A DNA stretch of 64,000 nt from Mustelus asterias (GCF_964213995.1 NC_135830.1:4402001-4466000); one strand, 5' to 3'; shown: positions 37,330-50,921, counted from the stretch's first letter. Translations and numbers: made by a program. The notes: a model not told the origin generated them from the letters alone.

Positions 37330-37733
37330 GACAGTGATTACTTTTGCAAACTCCTTTCACAGGATATTAGAAGCTGAGGACTTACAGACAGAAATCTCAA
37401 ACTAAACAAGATTCGACAGAGTCACTCAATTCATCGGGATCTGTATATCATCGGCCTTTGAATCTTGAAGGAGAAATTCTTCTCTGTTCTGGCTGTTTTA
37501 GAAGGCTTTAAACGTCAGAGTGACTGGAAAAGCACCAAGACACACACACATGACACACACACACCCAAGGGAGAGTGTTCCAGTGCATTGACTGTGGGAA
37601 AGGACTTTAACCAGTTACACAGCCTGAAAAAGAATTGCATCATTCACAGCAGAGAGAGACTGTATCCGTGTTCTGTGTGTGGACGAGGCTTCAACTGATC
37701 ATCCAACCTAGAGATTCACAACAAAACCACATC

Positions 37734-38771
37734 ATGGAGGTAGGCTGGAAATGTGGGGACTGTGGGAAGGGATTTAGGTATCCATCTCAGCTGGAAACTC
37801 ATCGACGCAGTCACACTGGGTCAAGGCCATTCACCTGCTCTGTGTGTGGACAGAGACTCACTGATTCATCGAGCCTGCGAAGACACCAGCGAGTTCACAC
37901 CAGGGAGAGGCCGTTCACCTGCACTGAGTGTGGGAAGGAATTCACTCAGTTATCCAATCTGCAGAAACACCAACGAGTTCACACTGGGGAGAGACCGTTC
38001 ACCTGCTCTGTGTGTGGGAAGGGATTCACTCAGTCATCCCACCTGCTGACACACCAGCGAGTTCACTCAAGTGAGAAACCGTTCACCTGCTCTCAGTGTG
38101 GGAAGAGTTTCGCTCGGTCATCCAATCTACTGACACACCAGCGAGTTCACACCGGGGAGAGGCCATTCACCTGCTCTGTGTGTGGGAAGGGATTCACAAA
38201 TTCATCCAACCTGCTGACGCACCAGCGACTTCACACTGAGGAGAGACCATTCACCTGCACCACGTGTGGGAAGGGATTCAAACGTGCATCCACCCTGCAG
38301 GATCACCAGCTAGTTCACAGCAGGGAGAGGCCGTTTACCTGCTCTGATTGTGGGAAGGGATTCACTCAGGTATCCAATCTGCGGAGACACCAGCGAGTTC
38401 ACACTGGGGAGAGGCTGTTTATCTGCTCTGATTGTGGGAATGGATTCAGAGATTCATCCACTCTGCTGAACCACCAGCGAGTTCACACCGGGGAGAGGCC
38501 GTTCAGCTGCTCTGTGTGTGGGAAGGAATTTGCTCAGTTATCCAATCTGCAGACACACCAGCGCATTCACACTGAGGAGAGACAATACAGCTGCTCTCAC
38601 TGCACAAAGAGGTTCAGGTGGTCATCCACCCTGCTGAGACACCAGCGAATTCACACCGGGGAGAGGCCGTTCATCTGCACTGTGTGTGACAAGGGATTCA
38701 GACATTCAAATACCCTGAAGAGACACCAGCGAGTTCACACCGAGGAGAGGCCATCCACCGGTGCTGTGTGA
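37734..38771 (+). CDS. Tandem C2H2 zinc-finger protein F (12 fingers, 345 aa)
   Basis: ATG at the conserved position ([10 protein letters not shown]). The 13th finger is degenerate and contains the stop. Confidence 0.85.
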   Translation: MEVGWKCGDCGKGFRYPSQLETHRRSHTGSRPFTCSVCGQRLTDSSSLRRHQRVHTRERPFTCTECGKEFTQLSNLQKHQRVHTGERPFTCSVCGKGFTQSSHLLTHQRVHSSEKPFTCSQCGKSFARSSNLLTHQRVHTGERPFTCSVCGKGFTNSSNLLTHQRLHTEERPFTCTTCGKGFKRASTLQDHQLVHSRERPFTCSDCGKGFTQVSNLRRHQRVHTGERLFICSDCGNGFRDSSTLLNHQRVHTGERPFSCSVCGKEFAQLSNLQTHQRIHTEERQYSCSHCTKRFRWSSTLLRHQRIHTGERPFICTVCDKGFRHSNTLKRHQRVHTEERPSTGAV

Positions 38772-39424
38772 GGGAAAACATTCACTCAGTCATCCAAGTT
38801 GCTGAGACACCAGCGAGTTCACAAGTGATGACAGGAGTTGGATTCTGCTGTTACTCTGCTGTTAATCACATCCAGGACTGAACCATGTTCATTCTGACAG
38901 GTGGTGAAGTGGGAGGGTCGGAGGGTTTCTTTGAGCCTGTGAGAGCACGTTTCCACTGAAATGATGCACAAAAGCTGATGAAGGACATTTATTTTATCCT
39001 GGATGGTATGGTTTTCCTCCCATTGTAGGTAGATAAATACATTTGTCTCTGTTCCATTGAGTCTACAGCACAGGGCCAGGCCAGTCGGCTCAATTGGTCT
39101 GTGTCAGTATTTATGATCCACATGAGCCTCCACCCACCCCTCTTCATCTCCCCCCATCAGCATATCCTTCTATTCCTCTCTCCCTCATGTATGTATCTAG
39201 CTTCCTCTTCAATGTATTCATGCTGTTCACCTCAACCACTCGCTGTGGTGGTGAGTTCCACATTCTCACCACTCGCTGGGTAAAGAGGTTTCTCACTGAA
39301 ATCCCTGTTGGATTATTGAACCCCTTCATAATCTTAAAGACTTCCATCAGGTCACCCTTCAGTCTTCTCTTTTCTCGAGAAAAGCAGCGCCAATCTTTCC
39401 TGAGGGTTAAATGCTCTCAGTTAG

Positions 39425-42400
39425 AAACATAGAAACATAGAAAAACTACAGCACAAACAGGCCCTTCGGCCCCACAAGTTGTGCCGAACACATCCCTACC
39501 TTCGAGACCTACCTATAACCCTCCATCCTATTAAGCTCCATGTACTCATCCAGGAGTCTCTTAAAATACCCTATTGAGTTCGCCTCCACCACCACTGACG
39601 GCAGCCGATTCCACTCACCCACCACCCTCTGTGTGAAAAACTTACCCCGAACATTTCCCCTGTACCTACCCCCCAGCACCTTAAACCTGTGTCCTCTCGT
39701 AGCAGACATTTCCACCCTGGGAAAAAGCCTCTGAGAGTCCACCCGATCTATGCCTCTCAACATCTTATACACCTCTATTAGGTCTCCTCTCATCCTTCGT
39801 CTCTCCAAGGAGAAAAGACCGAGCTCCCTCAGCCTATCCTCATAAGGCATGCCACTCAATCCAGGCAGCATCCTTGTAAATCTCCTCTGCACCCTTTCAA
39901 TCTTTTCCACATCCTTCCAAGAGTGAGGCGACCAGAACTGAGCACAGTACTCCAAGTGGGGTCTGACGAGGGTCTTATATAGCTGCATCATTATCCCCGG
40001 ACTCCTAAACTCAATCCCTCGATTGATAAAGGCCAGCACACCATGCGCCTTTTTAACTACCTCCTCCACCTGCGGGGCCGATTTTAGAGTCCTATGGACC
40101 CGGACCCCAAGGTCCTTCTGATCCTCTACAGTACTAAGCGTCTTTCCCTTTATATTGTACTCCTTCATCTCATTTGACCTACCAAAATGGACCACGACGC
40201 ATTTATCTGGGTTGAAGTCCATCTGCCACTTGTCCGCCCAGTCTTGCATCCTATCTATGTCCCTCTGTAACTTCTGACATCCCTCCAGACTATCCACAAC
40301 CCTACCAACCTTCGTGTTGTCGGCAAACTTACCAACCCATCCCTCCGCTTCCTCATCCAGGTCATTTATGAAAATGACAAACAGCAAGGGTCCCAGAACA
40401 GATCCCTGGGGCACACCACTGGTGACCGACACCCATTTAGAAAAAGACCCATCTATACACACTCTCTGCCTCCTTTGGGAAAGCCAGTTCTGGATCCACC
40501 GGGCAGCAGCCCCTTGGATCCCATGCCCTCTCACTTTTTCTGGAAGCCTTGCATGGGGGACCTTATCGAACGCCTTGCTAAAATCCATATAAACCACATC
40601 TACCGCCTTCCCTTCGTCAATGTGTTTAGTCACATTTTTGAAGAACTCCACCAGGCTCGTAAGGCACGATCTGCCCTTGACAAAGCCATGCTGAGTATTC
40701 TTGAGCATACTAAACCTCTCTAAATGCTCATAAATCCTGTCCCTCAGGACCTTCTCCATCAGTTTACCAACCACTGAGGTTAGGCTCACCGGTCGGTAAT
40801 TTCCTGGGCTATCCCTATTCCCCTTCTTGAAAATAGGAACCACATCCGCAATCCTCTAATCCTCCGGCACCTCTCCCGTCTCCATCGACGACACAAAGAT
40901 CATCGCCAGAGGCTCTGCAATCTCTTCCCTCTCCTCCCACAGTAACCTGGGGTACATCCCATCCGGACCCGGCGACTTATCTATCTTGATGCCATTCAAA
41001 GATTCCAGCACAACCTCTTCCTTAAAATCCACATACTCAATCCTTTCAGTCCACCGCACGCCCACAGTACATACACCCAGGTCTTTCTCCTCTGTGAAAA
41101 CCGAGGCAAAATACTCATTGAGCACCTCTGCCATTTCTACTGGTTCCGTACAGACTTTCCCGCCTTCACCTTTTATAGGCCCTATTCCGTCACGTCTCAT
41201 CCTTTTACTCTTCACATATTTATAGAATGCCTTCGGGTTCTCCTTAACCCTACCTGCCAGGGCCTTCTCGTGATCCTTTCTGGCTCTCATCATTTCCTTC
41301 TTTAGTCCCTTCCTACAAGCAATATACTCTTCTAAATCCCTATCTTCGCCAAGCTCTCTGAACCTTTTGTACGCTTTCCTTTTCTTCTCGACTAGGTCCC
41401 ACACAGCTTTCGTGCACCACGGTTCCTTTAACTGACCAACACCTCCCTGTCTGCTCAGAACGTTGTCCTGTAGAAATCTAGACAGACATTCCTTGAAAAA
41501 CTGCCACCTCTCTTCAGTACATTTCCCCGAGAATACCTCCTTCCAATTTACTCCTCTAATTTGCTGTCTAATGTGTTCATATTTCCCCTTACTCCATATA
41601 AACACTTTCCTAGCTTGCCTGATCCTCTCTTTTTCCAATGCAAGCCTAAAGGAGATAGAGTTATGATCGCTATCCCCAAGATGCTCTCCCACTGAGAGAT
41701 CTGACACCTGTCCAGGTTCATTGGTCAGTATCAGATCAAGTACAGCCTTTCCTCTTGTAGGCTTGTCCACATGCTGTGTCAGGAAACCCTCCTGAACACA
41801 CTTAACGAACTCTTCCCCATCCAATCCCCTTACCCAAGGGATATTCCAATCTCTGTTTGGGAAATTAAAGTCTCCCATCACAACATGTGCCATTTATTGT
41901 TCAAGGTTTGGGCAAAGCTCAAATTCTAGCCAGTTAAAAATCAAACCATAACGTTTCTAATCCATTAACCAGTATGTATTGTACAAACTTTGATTTTCAT
42001 TTGGCACCTGTTATGTTTCTAAAATGCAGGGGTCTTAATCTGGAACTCAGTTTAAAAATAGAAACAACTGATGTTAAAAGGGTTTGGATATCACGGTTGT
42101 GATGTGTAAAGTGGTATGATACAACTGCCGCTTGATTATTTTTATTATACAGTATAGCACTGCCATATAGACCCGAGAATAAAATCAGACCCTGAACCAA
42201 TTATATATTAGATATTTATAAACTACATATTGTGTATTGATCAAAACATAATTCTGTAGGAGCTTCCTGTTTTCCTCCATGAAGAGGCTATTTATTCCAA
42301 GCATTTAACCATTCTTTGCCATAGTTGGTAATAACTTGCATAACGCATCACAACAACTCTGCTATTACTGCATCTCTCCAGGATCTGTTTCCCTATCTGC

Positions 42401-43525
42401 TCCTCCACCTCCCTGTTACTATTGGGCGGCCTATAGAAAACTCCCAGCAAAGTGACCGGCCGCTTCCCACTCTGAACTTCCACCCACAGAGACTCGGTGG
42501 ACAATCCCTCCACAGCATACACCTTCTCTACAGCTGTGACACTATCCCTGATCAGCAGTGCCACTCCACCCCCTCTCTTGCCTCCCTCCCTGTCCTTCCT
42601 GAAACATCTGAATCCCGGCACCTGGAGTATCCAAGTCCTGTCCCTGAGACATCCAAGTCTCCGTAATGGCCACCACATCATACTTCCAGGCATCGATCCA
42701 TGCTCTGAGCTCATCCCCTTTATTCACTATACTCCTGGCATTAAAGTAAACACATCTCAATCCTTTGGTCTGAGCTCTCCCCTTCTCTATTCCCTGTCCA
42801 TCCGCCCTCTTGCACTGCCTATAACCCTTCTCTGTTTGCGAGCTACCTTCCTCACTCTCAGTCACCTCATTTTGATCCCCTCCCCCCAACCTATCTAGTT
42901 TAAACTCTCCCCAGTAGCCTTAGCCAACCTTCCCGCCAGGATATTGGTCCCCCTGGGATTCAAGTGCCACCCATTTTTTGTGTACAGGTCACACCTGCCC
43001 CTGAAGAGGTCCCAATGGTCCAGGAACCTGAATCCCTGCCCCCTGCACCAGTCCCTCAGCCACACATTCATCCTCCATCTCACTCCATTCCTGCCCTCAC
43101 CTTCCCGTGGCACAGGCAGCAATCCTGAGATTACTACCTTTGCTTTCCTCCTTCTCAGCTGTCTCCCTAATTCCCTATACTCTCTTTTCATGACCCCTTC
43201 CTACCCACATCAGTGGTACCAATATGTACCGCTACCTCCGGCTCCTCTCCCTCCCACCTCAGGATTTCTGGGACTCGCCCAGCGACATCCTGGATCCCAG
43301 CCCCAGGGAGGCAGACCACCATCCAAGACTCCCGCCTGCCTCCGCAAAATCGCCTGTCCGTCCCCCTGACTGTCAAGTCCCCGATTAATACTGCCTTCCT
43401 CCTCTTTTCCTTAGCCCTCTGAGTTACAGGGCCGGACTCCACCCCGGAGACACGGCCACTGCTGCTTCCCCCAGGCGGGCTGTCCCCCCCAGCAGTACTC
43501 AGGCAGGAGTACTTGTTGTGTAGGG
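39425..43525 (-). mobile_element. Near full-length CR1 LINE (ORF1 SGNH/esterase-like part + ORF2)
   Basis: ORF1 remnant VLIGD.TVRGTDRRFC...VCLPGA...HIGTTD...WHLNPRG. ORF2 YFNARSI, VAITETW, GDFNFP, RT motifs. (TTTCTATG)n tail, a few stops/frameshifts. Confidence 0.95.
41886..42345 (-). other. 460-bp AT-rich insertion in CR1 ORF2, candidate retrocopied mRNA 3' end
   Basis: 10-bp TSD CATCACAACA (41876-41885 / 42346-42355). The minus strand ends with AATAAA 7 nt before the junction. Confidence 0.55.
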
Positions 43526-44149
43526 GCACACCCACCGGGATTATTCTTGTGAATCTTTGTTGTTCCTTCTCCAGTGCCTCTATTTCCTTTTTCTAAATGG
43601 AGATCACTAATGTTGGCAGTGCTCCCAGTGTAGTGTGACCCTGGTTCGAAACAAGTTGAACAGGACATCCCAGCTTTTCAATTCTATCCCTCTGGAATGG
43701 AACCCTACACATGGGCCTCACACTTTAGGAAAGATGTGAAGTTCTTAGAGAGGGTGCAGAGGAGATTTACGAGAATGGCTCCAGGGATGAGGGACTTCAG
43801 TGAGTTTGAGAGACTGGAGCAGCTGAAATTTCTCTCTTTAGATTAGGCATTAAGATTGGGAATGGGGCTATTCAGCCCATTGAGTCCATGCTGGCTCTCT
43901 GTAATCAAACCGTTGCACTGTTCTCTCTCCGAATCCCTGTCGATTTTCTTCCCTCAATTGCCCATCCAATTTCCTTTTGGAAACATTCCATTATCTCTGC
44001 GTCACCCTCCCTCATCAAAAGTGGGTTCCAGATATTTACCACTTTCTTCAACTGCAATCAAGGCTCAGTGAGCACCGAGAGCTGGAACACATCCTTTGCT
44101 TCCTGATTTGAAACCACGTGTATCAAGAAAGCTTGAGTGGACTGTCCAA

Positions 44150-44600
44150 TGTGGGTGTCTATTGTGGGGAACCTGAGTGATCATTCCTCCTAGTCTGCAT
44201 GGGAGAATTCTTGAACAAATACATGAAGGACATCCTGGTATAGTCTGGATGAAGGAAGGAGCACATTGTTACTTTTGGTGGCCGGGTCTGGATGCTCAGA
44301 TTGAAGAAAAAGTGGCATCTTATAGAAAACTCCTGCGACCCCAAAGTTCACCTGCATTACTCCTCTTAAAGAAAGTTGAGAACTATGTTTGATTTATCAT
44401 CTCCAGAAACTTCAGAGTTAGTAGATCATCAACAGCAATCTCATGTTACTAGGTGAGACAGGAGGGCAAAACAACACTTGTTTCAACAAGGAGATTGTGT
44501 GTGAGCTCTGCAACTAAGAAATGGGTACCAGCCATTGTTTTAGCAAAAACAGGTCCAATTTCCTGCATGGTTCAAACAGGAGAAAGCGCAATGTGAGATA
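44150..44600 (+). mobile_element. Gypsy LTR-retrotransposon integrase remnant
   Basis: VIIPPSLHGRILEQIHEGHPGIVWMK...YFWWPGLDAQIEEKV (integrase Zn-binding region). Confidence 0.8.
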
Positions 44601-44860
44601 TTTGATACACAGCAGTAGAGGTATTATGTGGGTCATCAAACGCCCAGGAAATCTTTGCCTCAAGGTAGAGAAACCAACATTAAATGATGAATTCTAATTT
44701 AGTTTACACACACCTCTTGTGTCACCTCAATATGATTTTTTTCTGAATTCTGGGACAAAAGTTCATCACATGACTTGATTTTAGCATCAAACTCAGAATG
44801 GACAAGGGAGAAAGAACATTTGGCCTTAAAGCAGCAATGCAAGATGTCAAGGTTGAACAA

Positions 44861-45000
44861 CAGCTCTGACGAAGAGTCATCCGGACTCGAAACGTTGGCT
44901 CTATTCTCTCTCCACAGATGCTGCCAGACCTGCTGAGATTTTCCACTGTTTTCTGTTTTGGTTTCAGATTCCAGCATCCACATTATTTTGCCTTGATCAT
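44861..45000 (+). mobile_element. 140-bp Penelope-type mini-element beginning with an intact hammerhead motif (44862-44900)
   Basis: AGCT-CTGACGA-A-GAGTC atccg GACTC-GAAA-CGTT-GGCT; 12-bp TSD AAGGTTGAACAA (44849-44860 / 45001-45012). Confidence 0.8.
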
Positions 45001-45269
45001 AAGGTTGAACAATGACTGGTCCAAACTATCGACCTCCCTCGCAATTAAAATGATCCGTTTGGTTCTCGAAATCCAAAGTCCATCATACTCAGAAAAACAA
45101 CTGTTAAAATATCCAGACTTGTGCATTAAATTAGTGCTGTTTAACCTGTGATGTTCCAGAGAAGTCACTTTATTTCACACTGTGTAACCATCTTTAATTT
45201 AATAAGTTTAGAATGAAGTTCTGTAATAAGCTTTTGTAACTCTTTGGTTCCTTTATGTTTTAATAAAAA

Positions 45270-45492
45270 GTATAAAGTCAAATCTCCGTAGTCCCAGATG
45301 ACCATAGGCTGCTCTCCACTTTGAAGGGGGAGAGCTGACTGGTGATTTGACCTGAGGATCACCACACCCCAAGCCAGGGGCAAGGTTGAGAAGGTGGGGC
45401 CTTCACGATTAACCTCAGCCGGTACAGGAATTGAACCCGCACTGTTGGTGTCACTCCGCATCACTCACCAGCCAACTGAGCTAAACCGAGCC
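45270..45492 (-). mobile_element. tRNA-derived SINE (third family)
   Basis: Minus strand starts GGCTCGGTTTAGCTCAGTTGG...GGGTTCAATTCC (A/B boxes). Confidence 0.7.
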
Positions 45493-45637
45493 ACACAATA
45501 TCCATTAGCTGAGTGTACTGTTATATCAAGCAGACCAATCACTTTCAAGCACTGAGATGTGTTTTAAGGTTATGAGGAAAGTAAAGTAACTCATTCCAAA
45601 TAACAAGAGAGGAGTAATTGTAATCTTCAAATAACCT

Positions 45638-46247
45638 CATAGAGTCAGAGGTTTACAGCATGGAAACAGGCCCTTCAGCCCAACTTGTGCATGCCACCCT
45701 TTTCTTAACCACTAAGCGAATCCTATTTGCCCACATCTGGCCCATATCCCTCTATACCCATCTTATCCACGGAGCTGTCTAAATGCTTTTTAAAAGACAA
45801 TTGTACCCGCCTCTATTACTACCTCTGATAGCTCGTTCCAGATACCACCCTCTGTGTGACCAAATTGCCCCTCAGGATGCTTTTGTATCTCTTCCCCTCA
45901 CTTTAAACTTACGCCCTCTAGTTTTAGACTCCTCTACCTTTGGGAAAAGATGTTGCTTATCTTGCTGATCTTTGCCCCTCATTATTTTATAGACCTCTAT
46001 AAGATCACTCCAAAGCCTCCTACGCTCCAGAAAAAAAGTCCCAGTCTACCCAGCCTCTCCTTATAACTCAAACCATCAAGTCCCGGTAGCATCCTGGTAA
46101 ATCTTTTCTGCACTCTTTCTAGTTTAATAATATTTTTTCTCATATTAGGGTGACCAGAACTGTACACAGTATTCCAAGGGTGGCCGTACCAATGTTTTGT
46201 ACAACTTCAACAAGACGTCGCAACTCCTGTAGTCAATGTTCTGACCA
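45638..46247 (-). mobile_element. CR1 3' fragment
   Basis: LYKTLVRPPLEYCVQFWSP; same subfamily as 7462-8070. Confidence 0.85.
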
Positions 46248-46661
46248 ACCTGTCCAAAACATCGACACCATATTTCCCCCATCTTGGACAAATGGGCAAT
46301 GGAGATATCAAAGTGTTCTTTAATCTTAGCAAGAAGTAGCAGGAACAAACTTTAATGACGGGGAGGGTCCCACAAGTAATTGATACCTCAGACGGCTAGT
46401 CAGGGGGACTATGGGACCCCTGAGTTTAGTTTATCTGGTTTTGCACAAAATTGGAGACAATGGAAAATGATATCAATAGATGATTAGCACCCTCAAGAAA
46501 CAAATTAGAAATCGATCATGCCCATTTAGACCAATAACACGTTTTACTGTACTGTGGGGTATGGCAGCAGCTTTCATTGACCAAGCTACACATTGAGTGT
46601 GGAACTGAAGTCCATTTGTAGTGCCTGCTGTTCAGAAGAAAGGGAGAGATGCTTGTAACTT

Positions 46662-46996
46662 AGAAACCTTACAGCACAGAAAGAGGCCATTTGGCCCATC
46701 GAGTCTGCACCGACCACAATCCCACCCAGGCCCTACCCCCAAATCCCTACATATTTACACACTAATCCCTCTAACCTACGCAACCCAGGACACTAAGGGC
46801 AATTTTGGCATGGCCAATCAACCTGACCCGCACATCTTTGGACTGTGGGAGGAAACCGGAGCACCCGGAGGAAACCCACGCAGACACGAGGAGAATGTGC
46901 AAACTCCACACAGACAGTGACCCAAGCCGGGAATCGAACCCAGGTCCCTGGAGCTGTGAAGCAGCAGTGCTAACCTCTGTGCTACCGTGCCGCCCA
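46662..46996 (-). mobile_element. HE1-type V-SINE
   Basis: Full-length reverse complement of the consensus-like copies. Confidence 0.9.
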
Positions 46997-48402
46997 TCAT
47001 TGTAACATCATGTTGGCCTGTTTGGGTGATCACCAAAGGTCAAAAGGGGAACTGAAAGGGTTAATAATCACATAAGCTGCTAAGTTCTCAAAGACAGAAG
47101 CTCTGAGAAACCAGATGCCTCAGAACTAGGCGGCCTCCAGATAATAGTCAAGGACCACAAAACTTTGAATTGCAAGGGAGGCTCCAATCATGCAGTGTGC
47201 GCACAAGAATTCAATTGAACCATTTGCAGCTGCAGCTTATGAGTGCCCATTAGAACAAGGGACAATGAGCAAGGGAGTTTGATACACCACTAGTCAGACA
47301 TCTATCTATCGTACTCGTGCCTGAAAGTTCATAGATAAGTACAGAAAATACATGTTCGATGACATAATTAAGTAGATGCTATAGGGTCTGTTCATTCCTT
47401 AGAATAGACGTAGACCGCACTGGTCCAAAGTTGAACTCCATTTATTGAGCATCATTTAAAAATTAACACGTTACAGAAAGCAAAAAAATGTTTACTTGAG
47501 AGAGAGAGGGACCAGCAGAAGCTCGTCCTGATACAGATTCGATCCAAACCTTGCACAGGATCAGCTTCTGTCGGGGTCCATTCATTCCTTAGAATAGACA
47601 TGGGTAGCACTTGGTACGAATTTAAGATGATTTTCTTTCTTGAATAAAACTTAAAATTAATACGACAGAAGTGGAGAGAGAGAGAAATGTTGGAGACTGG
47701 CTTCACAGCCAGGCCCTGTACAGACCTGAACTCAAACCTCACACTGGGCTGAACAAACTAGACAGATAACTTTTACTGCAATATATGAATTCTTCCCCGT
47801 GTTATTGAAATTGCTGGTACAAACTGTGTCCCTAAATTCCATAAACAATTGGCAGCTGTGGCCATGAAAAATGTTGTTTATGAAAAGCATTGTTTCTGCT
47901 AACATTGTATTTTCAAAGAATGCAGTCAATTTCTAAACTCGTCCCAGAATTCCCAGCTGAGTTTTAAAATGTGACCAAGTTCGCTTTAAAGCTCAGCCTA
48001 AGTAGTTACATAGACAGGAATATCTTAAAATTAAGTCTTTTAACTGAAGCAAACCATACAAAGGATCCCAGAAATGTGCACAAATGATAATTGGACAGCT
48101 ATACTCACACATGATGTAATCCTAACTATTAGTTGAGTGGAGATGGATAATCTCTGAACAAATATACAGATTTGATTGGTATTTGCTAATTCCTTGTGAC
48201 TGGATCTGAAAGTATAACTGTCTGTGTAATGTATTATTCAGGCCCCTCTGGTGGGCCACCAGCTGGACTACCAGATTATTAGCTGTAGCTTTGAAAAACT
48301 CCAAAACTCTTTGTCTGGGCACTCAAAGGGGACAGCCCTGAAAATAGTTCAGTCCTGGATGTGATTAACAGCAACAATGACAGCAGAATCCAACCCCTGT
48401 CA

Positions 48403-49486
48403 TCACTTGTGAACTCACTGGGGTGTCTGCGGGTGGGATGCATCACAAAATCCCTTCCCACACTGAGAGCAGGAGAATGGCCTCTCCTCAGTGTGGACTT
48501 GAAGGTGTCTCTGCAGGTAGGTTGAATCATTGAATCTCTTCTCACACTGAGAGCAGGTGAACGGCCTCTCCCCAGTGTGGACTTGAAGGTGTCTCTGCAG
48601 GTAGGTTGAATCATTGAATCCCTTCTCACACTGAGAGCAGGTGAATGGCCTCTCCCCAGTGTGAATGCGCTGGTGGGACATCAACTCCAAAGAAGTTTTG
48701 AAGCCACTCCCACAGTCAGAGCATTTAAAGCGTCTCTCATTGCTGTGAGTGATTTTGTCTCAGCAGATTAGATAACTCAGTGAATCCCTTCCCACACTCA
48801 GAGCAGCAGAATGGTCTCTCCTCAGAATGAATATGCTGGTGAACCAACATTGACAGAGTTTTTGAAATCCCTCCCACAGTCAGCATTGAAAGGGCCTCTC
48901 ACTAGTGTGAGTGACATTATGTCTCCGAAGGCTGGTTAACCGAGTGAATCCCTTCCCACACTCAGAGCAGGTGAATGGCTTCTCCCCAATGTGAACTCGC
49001 TGGTGCTTCTGCAGGCTGGAGAACTGACTGAATCCCATTTCACACTGAGGGCGGCACGGTAGCACAGTGGTTAGCACTGCTGCTTCACAGCTCCAGGGTC
49101 CCGGGTTCGATTCCCGGCTCGGGTCACTGTCTGTGTGGAGTTTGCACATTCTCCTCGTGTCTGCGTGGGTTTCCTCCGGGTGCTCTGGTTTCCTCCCACA
49201 GTCCAAAGATGTGCGGGTTAGGTTGATTGGCCAGGTTAAAAATTGCCCCTTAGAGTCCTGGGATGCGTAGGTTAGAGGGATTAGCAGGTAAATATATGGG
49301 GGTAGGGCCTGGGTGGGATTGTGGTCGGTGCAGACTCGATGGGCCGAATGGCCTCCTTCTGCACTGTAGGGTTTCTATGATTTCTATGAATGGCTTCTCC
49401 CCAGTGTGACTGCGTCGATGAACTTCAAGCGCAGATGGGAACTGGAATCCTTTCCTACAGTCCCCACATTTCCACAGTTTTTTCAT
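48403..49486 (-). pseudogene. C2H2 zinc-finger pseudogene G, disrupted by a SINE and frameshifts
   Basis: Starts MKKLWKCGDC, HE1 insertion in finger 2, indels at 48700-48900, premature stop in the last finger. Confidence 0.88.
49049..49387 (+). mobile_element. HE1-type V-SINE inside ZNF G (another partial copy at 49742-49946, minus strand)
   Basis: Full-length copy. A few target bases are missing and there is no clear TSD. Confidence 0.92.
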
Positions 49487-50224
49487 GTTGTGGTGTCCTT
49501 CTGAATGAGTGATGATGAGTTGAAAATTTGTCCAGGCGCAGAATGCAAAAGTTATCACCCCACTGTGAATGGTCTGATGTTTTTTCAGGCTGTGTAACTA
49601 GTTAAAGCTTTTTCCACAGTCAGCGCATTGGAACACTCTCACTACTGTGTGGGTATCTCAGTGCTTTTCCAGTCACACTGATGTTAAAAGCCTTCTGAAG
49701 CAGACAGAACAGATACAAGATTTATCATAGAAGACTAATATCATAGAAACCCTACAGTGCAGAAGGAGGCCATTCGGCCCATCGAGTCTGCACCGACCAC
49801 AATCCCACCCAGGCCCTACCCCCACATATTTTACCCGCTAATCCCTCTAACCTACGCATCCCAGGACTCTAAGGGGCAATTTTTAACCTGGCCAATCAAC
49901 CTAACCCGCACATCTTTGGACTGTGGGAGGAAACCGGAGCACCCGGTTAAACTTCCTCCTGTCCTGGACACAGAGAGCTGAAAATCTTCAAGCTGACAGC
50001 CACGTTAAAGCTTTACATTTGAACACAAATGAGCAGACTGATGATGTGTGTAATACATTGTATTACCTGGTGAGAGATACATGAAGAATGTAAGGAGGAT
50101 TTATATTTCAGCAGCGAGTGACCTGGAAGTTAAAAATACAACTCCAGAATGAAGAAAGAAATGGAATGGTGGAGGAAAGAAATGTTTTACTCACAGATAT
50201 TGAAGACGGGAGGAAGTTTGAGTC

Positions 50225-50715
50225 TGTCTGAAGCTCAATCTCCATTCAGAGAGAGAGAAGCAGCAGCTTTGCTGGGCAGGAATGAGCAGCTGAACAAGCT
50301 CATTGTCCAACTTCCGCATTCAGACAATGGGGGAGCTCTGATTGGCTGGAGGACCAGAGACCCTCCGGTCTTCCAGAGTTCCCATTGGTCAATTCCCCGC
50401 AGACAGACAATGAGGGGCGGAGCCCCACATGGCGGTGGGCGGGACTTTGCCCTCCAACCGCGCTTAGCTGTTGCCCAATGGGAAAGGCTGGAAGACCCGG
50501 ACAGACAATGGTCAGTGAGTTGGCTTTGTCCCGGGCCCCGCCCCACACCCGCACATGCGCAGTCGCCCAAAATCCGCACATGCGCACTTTTGATTCACGG
50601 CCCCTGACCAGCTCTGGCCAATGGGAAGATTTGGAGGACCGGAAGGACTGTGGTCCTCCAGCCAATCAGAGCGCGGGCTTTGTGTGAATGCGGATTGAGC
50701 TTCAGACAGACTCAA
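50225..50715. promoter_or_regulatory. Bidirectional promoter between ZNF G (-) and ZNF H (+)
   Basis: Inverted paralogue of 33200-33765; donors at ~50194 (-) and 50765 (+). Confidence 0.75.
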
Positions 50716-50720
50716 ACTTC

Positions 50721-50755
50721 CTGAGTTTGTTTATTTGGTTTGACCTAATAAGAGG
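50721..50755 (+). mobile_element. 35-bp Tx1 3' terminus in ZNF H exon 1
   Basis: CTGAGTTTGTTTATTTGGTTTGACCTAATAAGAGG followed by CCAACATCTGTGAGT. Confidence 0.85.
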
Positions 50756-50921
50756 CCAACATCTGTGAGTAAAACACTTTCTTTTCTCCCCCTTTCCACT
50801 TATTTTCTCATTCTGGGGGAAATTGGGGACTTGCAGCAACTGAAGGGAAAGGAAGTGAATCCAGGGAGGGTGCAGACTCTGGAAAGGTTGGCCCAGGTCT
50901 CTCTCTCTCTTAAAGACATTG

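Noticed and set aside
46250-47480. Possible env remnant, polypurine tract and LTR start (AAAAGGGGAAC-TGAAAGGG at ~47042)
   Set aside because: Suggestive only; I could not find the other LTR end, a TSD or a recognisable protein motif.
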